Positions 34,775 through 44,186 are shown, counted from the first letter of the stretch. The stretch is DNA of 44,402 nucleotides from Anaerolineales bacterium (GCA_018263655.1 JAANWY010000164.1:1-44402), one strand, 5' to 3'. Notes: generated from the letters alone by a model not told the origin. Numbers and translations: made by a program.

Positions 34775-36043
34775 TAGGCGTAACCGCTTAGGTGACCGGC
34801 AATCGTGTTCACCGCGATATCCAAGTCGCCGTCGTTGTCGTAATCCGCCACGGCACCGCCCCGCGCCATCAGATTTCCGACATCTACGAGGCCGGTTTCC
34901 TCCGTCCACTCGACGAACTGTCGCGGCCGGCCATACTTCGCCTTGAGATTGTTGCCTCGGTTGCGATAGAGCTTGACCGGCTCTGGGTCGGTCTCGAAGT
35001 TCGTGACCGGCACGCGTCCGTTGACAAACAGCAGATCTTGATCTCTGTCCTGGTCCAGGTCGACGAAGGCGGTGCCCCAGCCGGTCAGGCCGTTGCCCAG
35101 GCCCATGATGCCGATGCGGAAAGTGCTGTACTGGAACGTGGGCTGATCGGCTGTGGTGGTCTCGTTGAGATACAGGGCGTTCAGCTCGCGCTCCCAGTTG
35201 GTGATGAACAGGTCGATCTGGCCATCGCCGTTGTAGTCGCCGCCGGCCACCCCCATCCCGCTCCCAGAATCGCCGACGTTGGCCACGTCCGTCAGGTCTT
35301 TGAAGCGGAAGCCAAGTTCTTCGGGATCGTCCGCCAAGGGCTGGCTGGTATACAGCCGGTTGGGCTGGCCGTCGTTGGCGATGTACAGGTCCAGGTCGCC
35401 GTCGCGATCTACGGGCGTCAGCAACGCGCCGAGCCCGCGTTCTTCGCGCTCCAGGCCGGCAAGCTCGGTCACCTCGCGGAACGTGACGAGGTTGGAGATT
35501 GGAGATTGTTGAGGGGCCTTGGTTGAGGTACAGTCGGTCGGGAAGGCCGTAGTAGTCCTGTGGGAAGGCGCCGCTGGGCTTTGGGACCTGGTTGTCCAGA
35601 TCGATGTAGGCAGCCACGAAGAGGTCGGGCCAGCCGTCGTCGTTCAGGTCGCCCACGACGGCGGCGCTGTTCCACTCCGGCGCGGCGACGCCGGCGGCCG
35701 CAGCGCCTTCGGTGAAGGTGCCGTCGCCGTTGTTCCAGAGCAGCGCGTTCGGCCCGTCAGCGGTGACGTAGAGGTCCCACCAGCCATCCTGGTTGAAATC
35801 AGCGGCGACGCAGCCGTTGCCCCGCATTGCCAGATCGGTACCCGTCGCTGCACTGACGTCGGTGAAGGTGCCGCCATCGTTGCGGTACAGCGCGTTGCGC
35901 GGGAGGCCGCCCTGCTTCTCCCAGAAATCGACCTCGTCCTCGGCGTGCGAGTTGACGAGGTAGAGGTCCAGCCAGCCGTCGTTGTTGTAGTCGATCCAGC
36001 AGAGGGAGGTTACCACGTCTGCTGGATCAATGGTTATACCCAC
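34762..36043 (-). pseudogene. FG-GAP/VCBS-repeat (CRTAC1-like) protein gene, 5'-truncated and frameshifted
   Basis: Repeated DxNxDGxxD Ca-binding FG-GAP motifs (DYNNDGWLDLY, DFNQDGWWDLY, DLNDDGWPDLF, DRDGDLDLY, DYNGDGQIDLF, DYDNDGDLDI) are split over two frames. The frame switch coincides with a gattggagatt word at 35491-35510. There is no signal peptide, and an in-frame TAA lies 3 codons (9 nt) upstream of the GTG at 36043. Confidence 0.75.
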
Positions 36044-36090
36044 TGATCCGGGTTAGCTTGGCTGCATAGGCCTGGCGCGGCTCGAGGGGT

Positions 36091-36260
36091 TTGTTAGAGC
36101 GTATTTTAAAAGTATCTAAAGTGGTGAATTGTCCTGGATTAGCACCACTCAGCGTTCATTTGTAGAGCTTCGGCACCTGAAATCGGCGCAAATACCCGCC
36201 GAGTGGTGTCTGAATCCAGATTTTCAGCATCTCTAGGACTTCTAAAACACCCTCTTAGAC
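36091..36260. repeat. 170-nt imperfect long hairpin downstream of the phosphodiesterase gene
   Basis: 60-nt arms at 36091-36150 and 36201-36260. Perfect blocks are caccactc/gagtggtg and ctggatt/aatccag. The remaining positions pair with a few gaps, and many arm differences are transitions. Confidence 0.6.
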
Positions 36261-36404
36261 ATGTACATGACTGGCCGACGTTGAATCAAAGTGATCAGAC
36301 AATCTACTTATCCTCCTGCAACGCCAACCCTCTGATCAAACTCCCTTGCAGGATCAAAAGCACGATCAGGGGTGTCACGACACCCCGCTTGTCGGTGGGC
36401 TATG

Positions 36405-37721
36405 CTATTCCAAGTCCATGCAATTGGCGTAGTATGTCACTGTGGCGGGCCAATCGGAGAAGATGCCGAGGATGCCCACGTCTTGCGCCAGGACGTCGAG
36501 CGCTTCGAACGTGTCACCGCTGTTGTTGATCACATCGGCGATACTCTGATAGTACCAGCCGCCACCATCCGTCAGAGGCCCCGAGCGCTCCAGAGTCCAG
36601 GTGATGATGTCGAGGCCGGCATCCTTGGCAGCTAGGGCGTAATCGGAGGGCACAATCTCGTTGTCGTCGAGCGTCAAGAGCATCCACATGGGCGGCGCAA
36701 TGATATTCACGCCCTCGGCGGCCAGGGTTTCCATATCGGGCGACCACGTGCTGGGATCATCAACATCGAAGTCCGGATCACCGTAGCGACCGTCGAGGTA
36801 AACAGCCTGCTCACCGAATTCCGGCTCATTTTCAATCCAATAGCGCACGTCGTCGAGGTTGAAGGATTGCGCAAACACCATCTCCGGCTCGACCCGGGCC
36901 GCTTTGTACTCGTCGATCATCTGCTGGGCGTAGTCTGCCTGGGTGTAATCGCCCTCGTACGGCATCTCTACGCTGGGCGCCTTGAGCTCAGGCGTCATCT
37001 TCACACCCAAGTCCTTGAAGAGTTCGATGCTCTCGGCATGGGTGAGCAACGTGCCGCTGTTGGCGGCATACAGATCCGTGCGCCAGTTCGGAGTGCCGCC
37101 CATGTACTCCTCGACGGTCGTGGCGCGGGGATTTGACGCGTCCATCTTGCCCTTGAGCATCTTGAACTCCTCCAGCGTGATGTCACTGGTGCAGCACCTG
37201 GCCGATGCCGGCTCTAGCAGCTCTCCGGTCTCCTCATCGAATACGGCTGGTGTGAAGCCTTCAGAGCATTTGGCGGCCAGTTCGGGGATCGCGAGGATGT
37301 TAGTGGTAGTGTGAAGATCACACTGCGAGTGCCGGCACACCAGCTCCCTATCTTGAGTGAAGGTCACATCACACTCCAGGATACCGGCGCCCATGCGAGC
37401 GGCCGCTTCATAGGACTCCTGCGTATGCTCGGGGAACTGTAAGGCCGCACCCCGGTGGCCGATCGAGAAATCAGTCCTGGAGAAAGGACCATCGGCGCAC
37501 TGCTGAAGGGCAACTTTTAGCTCACTGTGGTCCATGTCATCGACGAGGTAGAACGGGCGTGGCCCCAGTTGTACGCTCTGATCCGCCCTCGCTTCTACCT
37601 CGACGGCGGGTACCTGTTCAGAAACTTGGAACCCACTTGGGACACAAGCAGTCAGGCCCATCAGGAAAAGGCCAAGGATTAGTAGGCTGACAAACTTCTT
37701 GGTGTTTTGTGTGTTCATCAT
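36405..37721 (-). CDS. glycerophosphodiester phosphodiesterase-family lipoprotein
   Basis: Signal peptide with lipobox LTAC. GDPD catalytic N-terminal block [35 protein letters not shown]. Confidence 0.85.
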   Translation of the reverse strand: MMNTQNTKKFVSLLILGLFLMGLTACVPSGFQVSEQVPAVEVEARADQSVQLGPRPFYLVDDMDHSELKVALQQCADGPFSRTDFSIGHRGAALQFPEHTQESYEAAARMGAGILECDVTFTQDRELVCRHSQCDLHTTTNILAIPELAAKCSEGFTPAVFDEETGELLEPASARCCTSDITLEEFKMLKGKMDASNPRATTVEEYMGGTPNWRTDLYAANSGTLLTHAESIELFKDLGVKMTPELKAPSVEMPYEGDYTQADYAQQMIDEYKAARVEPEMVFAQSFNLDDVRYWIENEPEFGEQAVYLDGRYGDPDFDVDDPSTWSPDMETLAAEGVNIIAPPMWMLLTLDDNEIVPSDYALAAKDAGLDIITWTLERSGPLTDGGGWYYQSIADVINNSGDTFEALDVLAQDVGILGIFSDWPATVTYYANCMDLE

Positions 37722-38045
37722 TTATCATCTCCTCTTTGATTTGACAAACTTCTATCGTCCCTGTTTTTCCAAAGCCAATCTGCTATTTGATTGTCCTATT
37801 TCCCGACCACCCCCTTTCAGCTCTAGAGCTCTCTCGGAAAGTCCCAGAGCCTGATTTCAAGAAGGAAAAGCGGCTCGGGACCACCGATCCTTTAACATTT
37901 CACCCCCACCCAAACTTGGGTGCAAATCGCCAAATATGGTAAAAACGGGCTGATAAGTAGGATATCATACCCCCAAAATTTGTTTTCGGCTCTGAATTTA
38001 CCGAGAGAGCTCCTCTACTTTCGGTAATATTATGGTAAAGGGTTG

Positions 38046-38265
38046 AATTAATTTGGGTGCAGATACTCTCAGTTACCAGTACGAATGTTCTAGGGAAAAA
38101 GACTGCTAGCAGCGCGATTTGCCTTGGTTATGTCCAGAAACTCGCTCGGAATCCACGGTAATCATGCGGTTTACTCCAGCCATTTGCAGAAATTCGCCCG
38201 AGAGTTTACCATAAATTGAGAAAGTCGCTCGCTAGTAACTAGGAGTATCTGCACCCAATTAATTT
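38046..38265. repeat. inverted repeat pair (22-36 bp) flanking a roughly 150-175 bp AT-richer segment
   Basis: Left arm is aattaatttgggtgcagatactc (38046-38068). Right arm is gagtatctgcacccaattaatt (38244-38265), with 1 indel. Weaker pairing extends inward (tcagttaccag / ctagtaactag). A partial third copy ttgggtgcaaat lies at 37916-37927. Confidence 0.7.
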
Positions 38266-38507
38266 GGCCTCAAAATTGGCCATTGGGGCACGACTTCATG
38301 AAGATTTCTCAGAAATCATGCGTCCACATAGCCAGACTGGCCGTTTTCGAAGCCGAACAAGCTCGTTTACGTGAGTGAAACGGCAACATTGACAAAAATC
38401 GCGGTGGTTAATTGGGTCTTTAGACATAAAGTTGCCGAAAGTCGAGTTCAGATCTGAGCGTGTTTGAAAAGCTTGAAGTGGCCCTCGAAGCTGCATCAAA
38501 ATCTTAG

Positions 38508-38588
38508 TATGATCGAAAAGCTTACCCTAGCGATTTGTCCGATATTGAATGGCTGCTTTTCCCGGGAAGAAGTGAATCGCCCCGGTAG
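38508..38588 (+). pseudogene. possible N-terminal stub of an IS5-group (DUF4096-type) transposase
   Basis: The frame reads YDRKAYPSDLSDIEWLLFPGRSESPR*. The YPSDL(S/T)D.EW.L..P pattern is what I recall from IS5-family N-termini. It is very short, so the call is weak. Confidence 0.3.
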
Positions 38589-38635
38589 ACAGTCCCATCG
38601 AGGTCGATAATGCCCCCGCCTATGACGTGAAGTCC

Positions 38636-39445
38636 TCAGCTCACTTTCCGTCGCATATACGCGGAGAACACCTCGCTGAAGATGACGACCCCCAGGATGG
38701 TGAGCAGGATGGTGAGCACGTTCGCCCAGCGGAAGTAGTTGATACTGGTCGTGAGTTCCATGCCAATGCCGCCTGCCCCGACGAACCCAATGATCGTCGA
38801 GGCCCGGACGTTGATATCCCAGCGGTAGGTGGTGATGCCGACAAAGGCCGGCTTTACCTGAGGAATCACACCATAGATCACCGTTTTCAGGGAGGATGCA
38901 CCGGTCGCGACCACGGCCTCGACTTGGCCATGATCGATCTCCTCGATCGACTCGGCCAGGAGCTTAGACATGAACCCAATCGACCGCACGCCGACGGCCA
39001 ACACGCCGGAGAGCGCCCCAGGCCCAAACACGATAACGAAGATGAGCGCCCAGATGATGACGTTGACCGAACGGGAGACCGTGATAATGAACTTGCCGAG
39101 GGAATAGGTCGCCTTGTTCGGGGTCGTGTTGTTCGCTCCCATCCAGGCCACCGGTAGCGAGAGGACGACCGCGAGAGCTGTTCCCAGGATAGAGATGTGG
39201 ATCGTCTCAATCAGCGGCGCAACGATCTCTCCCGTGTACGCGAGGTTTGGCGGGTACATCCGGCTGAAGAGGTCGTTCATTTCCCGCGGAGCCGTCGCAA
39301 CGTAGCTGTAGTTGATGTCGAGCAGCGTCCACGAAATCACGACGGCGACAGCGGTTGCGAGCACGGCGATGTAACGGACTAGCCGTTGGCGTGAATCGTA
39401 GCGTTCCCACACGTACTTGTCGTCGGTGGCAGCCGCCTGCATCAT
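38636..39445 (-). CDS. phnE: phosphonate ABC transporter permease PhnE (second copy)
   Basis: PhnE-type permease (…GANNTTPNKATYSLGKFIITVSRSVNVIIWALIFV…, …EEIDHGQVEAVVATGAS…). ATGA overlap with the upstream phnE stop. The first 61 codons of the listed ORF are an out-of-frame overlap. Confidence 0.88.
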   Translation of the reverse strand: MMQAAATDDKYVWERYDSRQRLVRYIAVLATAVAVVISWTLLDINYSYVATAPREMNDLFSRMYPPNLAYTGEIVAPLIETIHISILGTALAVVLSLPVAWMGANNTTPNKATYSLGKFIITVSRSVNVIIWALIFVIVFGPGALSGVLAVGVRSIGFMSKLLAESIEEIDHGQVEAVVATGASSLKTVIYGVIPQVKPAFVGITTYRWDINVRASTIIGFVGAGGIGMELTTSINYFRWANVLTILLTILGVVIFSEVFSAYMRRKVS

Positions 39446-40263
39446 TGTACCCTCCGTCGCAAGACCGCGCTTAGTACCTCGGCACCCAGCACGATGGCTA
39501 CGATGACGATGATTACGGCGAGGGCGAAGTCGTATTCGTACCGGTCGAACGAGTTCAAGAGCGTGATACCGATGCCCCCAGCACCGACGATGCCGACGAT
39601 GGTGCTGTGTCGAATATTGATGTCCCAACGGTAGATGGTCAGCCCGACGATGCGCGGGATAACCTGCGGGATCATGCCGTATAGGAGCACCTTCCCCCGG
39701 CTCCCACCGACGGCTCGGATGGCTTCGATCTGTCCCTCGTCGATGTCCTCTAAGTCCTCAGCCAGAAGTTTGGCGAAGAAACCGACCGTCTTGAACGAGA
39801 GGGCGAGAATGCCTGCCAGGGCGCCGAAGCCGACGGCTTTAACGGCGATGATCGCGACGATGAGTTCGTGAAACGCACGAGAAACCGAAATGAGGAACCG
39901 GCCCACGGCATACACGGGCTTCGGCGCGATATTCTCCGCTGCCATGAACGCCACCGGCAGACTGATCACCACGCCGATGACGGTCGCCACGATCGCCATC
40001 GCGACAGTTTCGATCATGCCAATCCGGATTAGGTTCAGTTGGCGGGGACCGAAATCCGGAGGGAACATGCTTTGGATGAGGTTCGCCCCCGACTCGAGCC
40101 CGATCAGGAGTCGATCGAACGAGATGCGGACTCCCCATGCGCTCCATAGGAAGAACACGACAATTACGGCATAGACGATCCACTTCACCGTCTTGTTGGC
40201 GAAAGCCGTCGGCGGTTCCCAGGTTCGTCTCTCCGGTTCGATGTGCGTTGCCATCTCAGCCAC
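39442..40263 (-). CDS. phnE: phosphonate ABC transporter permease PhnE (first copy)
   Basis: Paralogous to the downstream permease (…FMAAENIAPKPVYAVGRFLISVSRAFHELIVAIIAV…, …EDIDEGQIEAIRAVGGS…). Start is GTG 40263 or ATG 40254. Confidence 0.88.
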   Translation of the reverse strand: MAEMATHIEPERRTWEPPTAFANKTVKWIVYAVIVVFFLWSAWGVRISFDRLLIGLESGANLIQSMFPPDFGPRQLNLIRIGMIETVAMAIVATVIGVVISLPVAFMAAENIAPKPVYAVGRFLISVSRAFHELIVAIIAVKAVGFGALAGILALSFKTVGFFAKLLAEDLEDIDEGQIEAIRAVGGSRGKVLLYGMIPQVIPRIVGLTIYRWDINIRHSTIVGIVGAGGIGITLLNSFDRYEYDFALAVIIVIVAIVLGAEVLSAVLRRRVQ

Positions 40264-40271
40264 GCCCCCGA

Positions 40272-41099
40272 TTACCCACGAATTCCCGCCCGATCGATTT
40301 CCCGCAAGTTTGGTACCTCCGTTGTCGACACGGTTTCCTTGACGGGCGAGTCCTCCGAAATCGGGCTTCCCTTGTAGATGTGGTCCCTGACGCCCTCGGT
40401 GAGTTCAGCCGGAGTGCCTTCGAAGACGATTTTACCTTTTCTGAGGCCGACGATCCGTTCGCTGAATTCCTCCGCTAGCGAGACTTCGTGGATGTTAATC
40501 AGGACGGGAATGTTATCTTCCTTCGCGATGTCGGTCAGCAGGGCCATTACGACTCGCGAGGTTTCTGGATCCAGGCTGCTCGTTGGCTCGTCGACCAGGA
40601 GGATCTTTGGCCGCTGGATAACCGCCCGCGCTATGCCCACGCGCTGCCGTTGTCCCCCCGAGAGCTTATCGGCACGCACGTTCTCGTACCCTTTGAGCCC
40701 GACTCGCTCGAGCAGTTCGTAGGCTCGCTTGATGTCTTCGGGCGCGAACTTGCGGCGGTACGCTTGCCAGACGTTAACGTAGCCCAGCCGGCCCGAGAGC
40801 ACGTTTTCCATGACTGTGAGCCGTTCGACGAGGTTGAACTCCTGGAAAATCATTCCCATGTCGCGGCGGACCTCTGGCAGGTCATCCTGCGGGAGGGCTG
40901 TCACCTCCACCCCATCGAGCCACACGGTCCCGGCGCTGGGTTCTACCAGCCGGTTTACGCACCGGATGAACGTACTCTTTCCAGCGCCGCTTGGACCGAT
41001 CATAGCCACGATTGCATTGTCGGATACCTCGAGAGACACCCCCCTGAGGGCTTCCTCATCTGTCTCATACGTTTTTTCGAGATCGATTACTGAAAGCAT
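40272..41099 (-). CDS. phnC: phosphonate ABC transporter ATP-binding protein PhnC
   Basis: Walker [10 protein letters not shown], signature LSGGQRQR, Walker B LLVDEPT. The [24 protein letters not shown] block is typical of PhnC. Confidence 0.9.
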   Translation of the reverse strand: MLSVIDLEKTYETDEEALRGVSLEVSDNAIVAMIGPSGAGKSTFIRCVNRLVEPSAGTVWLDGVEVTALPQDDLPEVRRDMGMIFQEFNLVERLTVMENVLSGRLGYVNVWQAYRRKFAPEDIKRAYELLERVGLKGYENVRADKLSGGQRQRVGIARAVIQRPKILLVDEPTSSLDPETSRVVMALLTDIAKEDNIPVLINIHEVSLAEEFSERIVGLRKGKIVFEGTPAELTEGVRDHIYKGSPISEDSPVKETVSTTEVPNLREIDRAGIRG

Positions 41100-41320
41100 A
41101 GCTCCTCGCGATATGGGAATTTTGAAGACATCACCTTGCCTTTATGTGCATCTGGTAGTCTCCGTCTTGATCAAGTTGGCGGAAACTAAAGTCTTCGGTG
41201 TTGTTGTAAGTGTGCTATCTTTTTCGTGAAAACCATACACGATGGGGGTTACTTATAAATCTTTGACCGCCGGCGACATGAAACCGAGGCGGTCTTGTAA
41301 CTGGCCAAGGCACAGGCACA

Positions 41321-41361
41321 AGGGGCGTGCGTTTTGTACGACCAGTTACACGCACGCCCCT
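41321..41361 (-). other. 12-bp GC-rich intercistronic hairpin between phnD and phnC
   Basis: aggggcgtgcgt / acgcacgcccct with a 17-nt loop. The loop segment ccagttac can alternatively pair with gtaactgg at 41298-41305. No U-run follows on the minus strand. Confidence 0.5.
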
Positions 41362-41378
41362 GCATGGATGAGGCGGGG

Positions 41379-42611
41379 TTATCCCTCGAGCTCGCCCGTC
41401 TCGTATTCGACTCCGAGCGATTCCTGCGTCTGAAGGATGATGTCCCAGACTGTCGCATAATCGATTTCGATGAAGGTGCCTCGCCCTTCGAACACTTCTG
41501 CGATTCCCGTGTCGGAGTAGTCGTAGTCGAGGAACGTGGCCCTGATCCCCTCTTGGAGTTCGGGTCGTAGGTTGTAGCGGTACGAAAAGCCCGTTGTCGG
41601 GAACGGGTCACTCGCCCAAACGACCTTGATTGCCTCGCCATCGATCTGTCCGGCCCGGACGACGCGCGCGTAACAGGTGCTACATACCGGCGCGGCGTCG
41701 TAGTCACCATGGAATACGCCTAGCGCACTCTGTTCATGGCCGCCCGAGTATACCACCTCGTAGTCCTCATCCGGCTTCACTCCCTGGTTTGTGAACAACG
41801 CCCGCGGTGCCAGGTTCCCCGAGTTCGAGGTGGGATCGGCATGGGCGACCGTCTTGCCCGCCAAGTCCTGAATGCCGTTGATCGCGTCATTGTCTGCCTG
41901 GGTAATGAGCCACAGACGGTAGCCGAAAGCTCCATCCTCTGACACCTGAATCGAAAACGGCACGGCGCACGCGAGATTGACGGCAAATGGGACGGTGCCC
42001 GTCGAGAACCCGGCGACGTGGAGCCGCTCCGACCGCATGGCTTCGACCTGCGCAGCATATGAAGACAGGGGGTTGTATCTGACCTCCTTCCCCGTCTCAT
42101 TCCGCATGTTCTCAAGGAGTGGTTCGAAGGTGTCCCGGTACAATGCGGGGTCCTCGGTCGGGACGACTGCAAACTCTATCGTATCGGGATCGATGAGTTC
42201 GCTCTCATCCGTAGGTGTCGCACACACAGGGCTTCCGTATCGAGGTTCGTCACGGGGGCTCTCCTGCATGCGCTCGAGATCAGCCAATGTACCGGTTTCG
42301 TAACCGGCGTCCAGGAGTACATCGGTCGTCACCGGGAACGTTGGATTCTTCGGATCGAATGCTGTGGCGGCTGTGGCGGCGGGTTCCGCGGTCGGGGCCG
42401 CCGCTGGCGGTGCCTGCAGTTGGGCCGGCGCGCAGGCGGCCAGCACGTCGCCTAGGGTGAGGAGGCCAGATGCAGCCAGCAGGCGCAGGACGGTGCGCCG
42501 GCTGAGTTTAGAGCTACTCAGGCCGAACAGCGAGTCCTGGGCGGAACCGTGCACCCGCTCGATCTCCTCCTGAATTCGTGCCTTCTCTCGGTCGTCGAAG
42601 TTGTCAAACAT
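41379..42611 (-). CDS. phnD: phosphate/phosphite/phosphonate ABC transporter substrate-binding protein PhnD, Tat-type signal plus lipobox
   Basis: SRRTVLRLL twin-arginine motif, lipobox LAAC and an Ala/Pro linker. The PhnD core is …IEFAVVPTED…LHVAGFSTGTVPF…HADPTSNSGNLAPR…. SD GGGAGGAAAAGGAG precedes ATG 42611, and the TTG at 42659 is discarded. Confidence 0.85.
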   Translation of the reverse strand: MFDNFDDREKARIQEEIERVHGSAQDSLFGLSSSKLSRRTVLRLLAASGLLTLGDVLAACAPAQLQAPPAAAPTAEPAATAATAFDPKNPTFPVTTDVLLDAGYETGTLADLERMQESPRDEPRYGSPVCATPTDESELIDPDTIEFAVVPTEDPALYRDTFEPLLENMRNETGKEVRYNPLSSYAAQVEAMRSERLHVAGFSTGTVPFAVNLACAVPFSIQVSEDGAFGYRLWLITQADNDAINGIQDLAGKTVAHADPTSNSGNLAPRALFTNQGVKPDEDYEVVYSGGHEQSALGVFHGDYDAAPVCSTCYARVVRAGQIDGEAIKVVWASDPFPTTGFSYRYNLRPELQEGIRATFLDYDYSDTGIAEVFEGRGTFIEIDYATVWDIILQTQESLGVEYETGELEG

Positions 42612-42726
42612 CTCCTTTTCCTCCCGTATAATCCAAGTGTCGTGGAGGTATCTCCACAACGGGTTGAGAAGCTCTGATTGGCCGCGAGGCTGTTGACCTC
42701 ACTCGCTCACTCTTCCTTAAGAAAGC

Positions 42727-42755
42727 AGTATACTATAAGATCTCTGATTCGTCAA
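42727..42755 (-). promoter_or_regulatory. near-consensus sigma-70 promoter for the phn transporter operon
   Basis: On the minus strand: TTGACG (42755-42750), 17-nt spacer, TATACT (42732-42727). This leaves a leader of roughly 110 nt. Confidence 0.55.
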
Positions 42756-43291
42756 ACCGGTGCCCTGATGGGCATGCGCAGCGAATCCAAACTACCAGGA
42801 ACCAGGGGTAGGGGTATGAGCGAGGCCAAACCCCACGGATGGGGAAGACACGGCGCAAGGCTGGGGTTGAACGGCTTTGGCGGGCCAATTTGGGGGTGCC
42901 CAGTGCGCAGCGGTTCGGCCCGGGAGCGGTAGTGGCGCTTGGGCGAAGGCGGCACATCCTGGGGCACAGGGAAAGGAAAAGGCAAGCGATCTCCGAGGGC
43001 CTCGACGGAGAAGGTGAGCACGAAGTCCGGGTGGGCAGCGCGCTTCTGCGTCGCCGTCAAGTCAGTGTGAGGTGAACCTGCTTCGTCGCTCATGGCTGCC
43101 GCCTGCGGGCGCGCTGCCAGGCACGTAGGCGGGCCAGATAGACCCGGTAGTCGGCGCCGGTGTTGCAGCGCTGGCGCAGGGTCAGAGAGTGGGCGGGATG
43201 GGTTCGCGTTCGAATAAGAGCCTGTACTAACAATGCGCATGGACGCCACTCCGCTGCCGCTGCGTGGCTTACTACGAACCTGCGGGAGCAG

Positions 43292-44134
43292 CTACTCCGT
43301 CAGCAAGAAGTCCTGCAGCGCCTCCCAGGCCGCCGGCTCGGTCAGCAGAGGGGCGTGTCCACGGTCCGGCACCTCGACCACTGTGGCGCTGGGGCCACGC
43401 CGGCTCATCTCTTCGGCCGTCTCAGGGGCCAGGATGTCGCTCTCAGCGCCACGAATCACCAGGGTCGGTGCCTGAACGCGGTCATAAAGGCTCCAGGGGT
43501 CATCTAGCGTCGTCGCCGTTCTCACCGCTGGATCATGCTTGAAGGCCCACATGCCATCTTCGAGCTGACGAACTGAGTGACGGGTCACCTCGCGCCAGAC
43601 TGCCATCGGCCAATCCCCAATAGTGCTGTATCTTTCTCGGAACCGCGCGACGGCATCGTCGTACGTCGTGAAGCGCTCGTCCTTGCCGGCCGCGCTGTGG
43701 ATTCGGGCGGCGCCTTCTGGGGCGATCTCGGGACCGATGTCGTTCATCACAAGACACTCGACGCTTGCGGGGTGCTCGGCCGCCAACACCATCGCCACGA
43801 GCCCGCCAAACGAGGTGCCGACCCAGGCCGCCTGCACTATGCCCCAATGACCCATCAACCCCAACAGATCGCCGACTTGGCTATCGAAGTTGTAGCGACC
43901 CTCGGGCTCCCACTCGCTGTCACCATGCCCCCGCAGATCAACGGCCATGGTCCGGCGATGTTTCGCCAGGCGGGATGCCACCAGGTTGAAGTCCTGAGCC
44001 GGCCGCGTTATCCCCGGCAGCATGACGATGGGCACCTCGCCCGGCCCACCCCAGTCCAGGTAGTGCAAGCGCAATTGGTTGACAGTGGCGAAGTGCGAAT
44101 CAGGCGCACTCTCAGAGAAACCGAACAATGTCAT
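43292..44134 (-). CDS. alpha/beta-fold hydrolase
   Basis: HG oxyanion region (IVMLPGITR), nucleophile elbow GTSFGG, and C-terminal His (DRGHAPLLTEP). Substrate unknown. Confidence 0.82.
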   Translation of the reverse strand: MTLFGFSESAPDSHFATVNQLRLHYLDWGGPGEVPIVMLPGITRPAQDFNLVASRLAKHRRTMAVDLRGHGDSEWEPEGRYNFDSQVGDLLGLMGHWGIVQAAWVGTSFGGLVAMVLAAEHPASVECLVMNDIGPEIAPEGAARIHSAAGKDERFTTYDDAVARFRERYSTIGDWPMAVWREVTRHSVRQLEDGMWAFKHDPAVRTATTLDDPWSLYDRVQAPTLVIRGAESDILAPETAEEMSRRGPSATVVEVPDRGHAPLLTEPAAWEALQDFLLTE

Positions 44135-44186
44135 TTCTCCTCTCGATTGACAGTTGCAGCGTTTTCAAGATCAGAGTACAATTCTC

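Noticed and set aside
37880-37915. Possible Pho-box-like direct repeats (ttaacatttcac, tttacc words) upstream of the GDPD gene
   Set aside because: The PhoB/PhoP consensus for this lineage is unknown to me. The matches are short and AT-rich in an AT-rich spacer, so this remains speculation.
38296-38499. 67-aa minus-strand ORF in the low-GC island
   Set aside because: It has no SD and no recognisable sequence, and it lies in a region that looks like IS/MITE debris.
42752-43249. 165-aa minus-strand ORF between the hydrolase and the phn promoter (Pro-rich)
   Set aside because: I saw no recognisable motif, SD or start context, and overlapping ORFs of similar length exist on the other strand. 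It is probably a GC-driven spurious ORF, though a decayed gene cannot be excluded without BLASTX.
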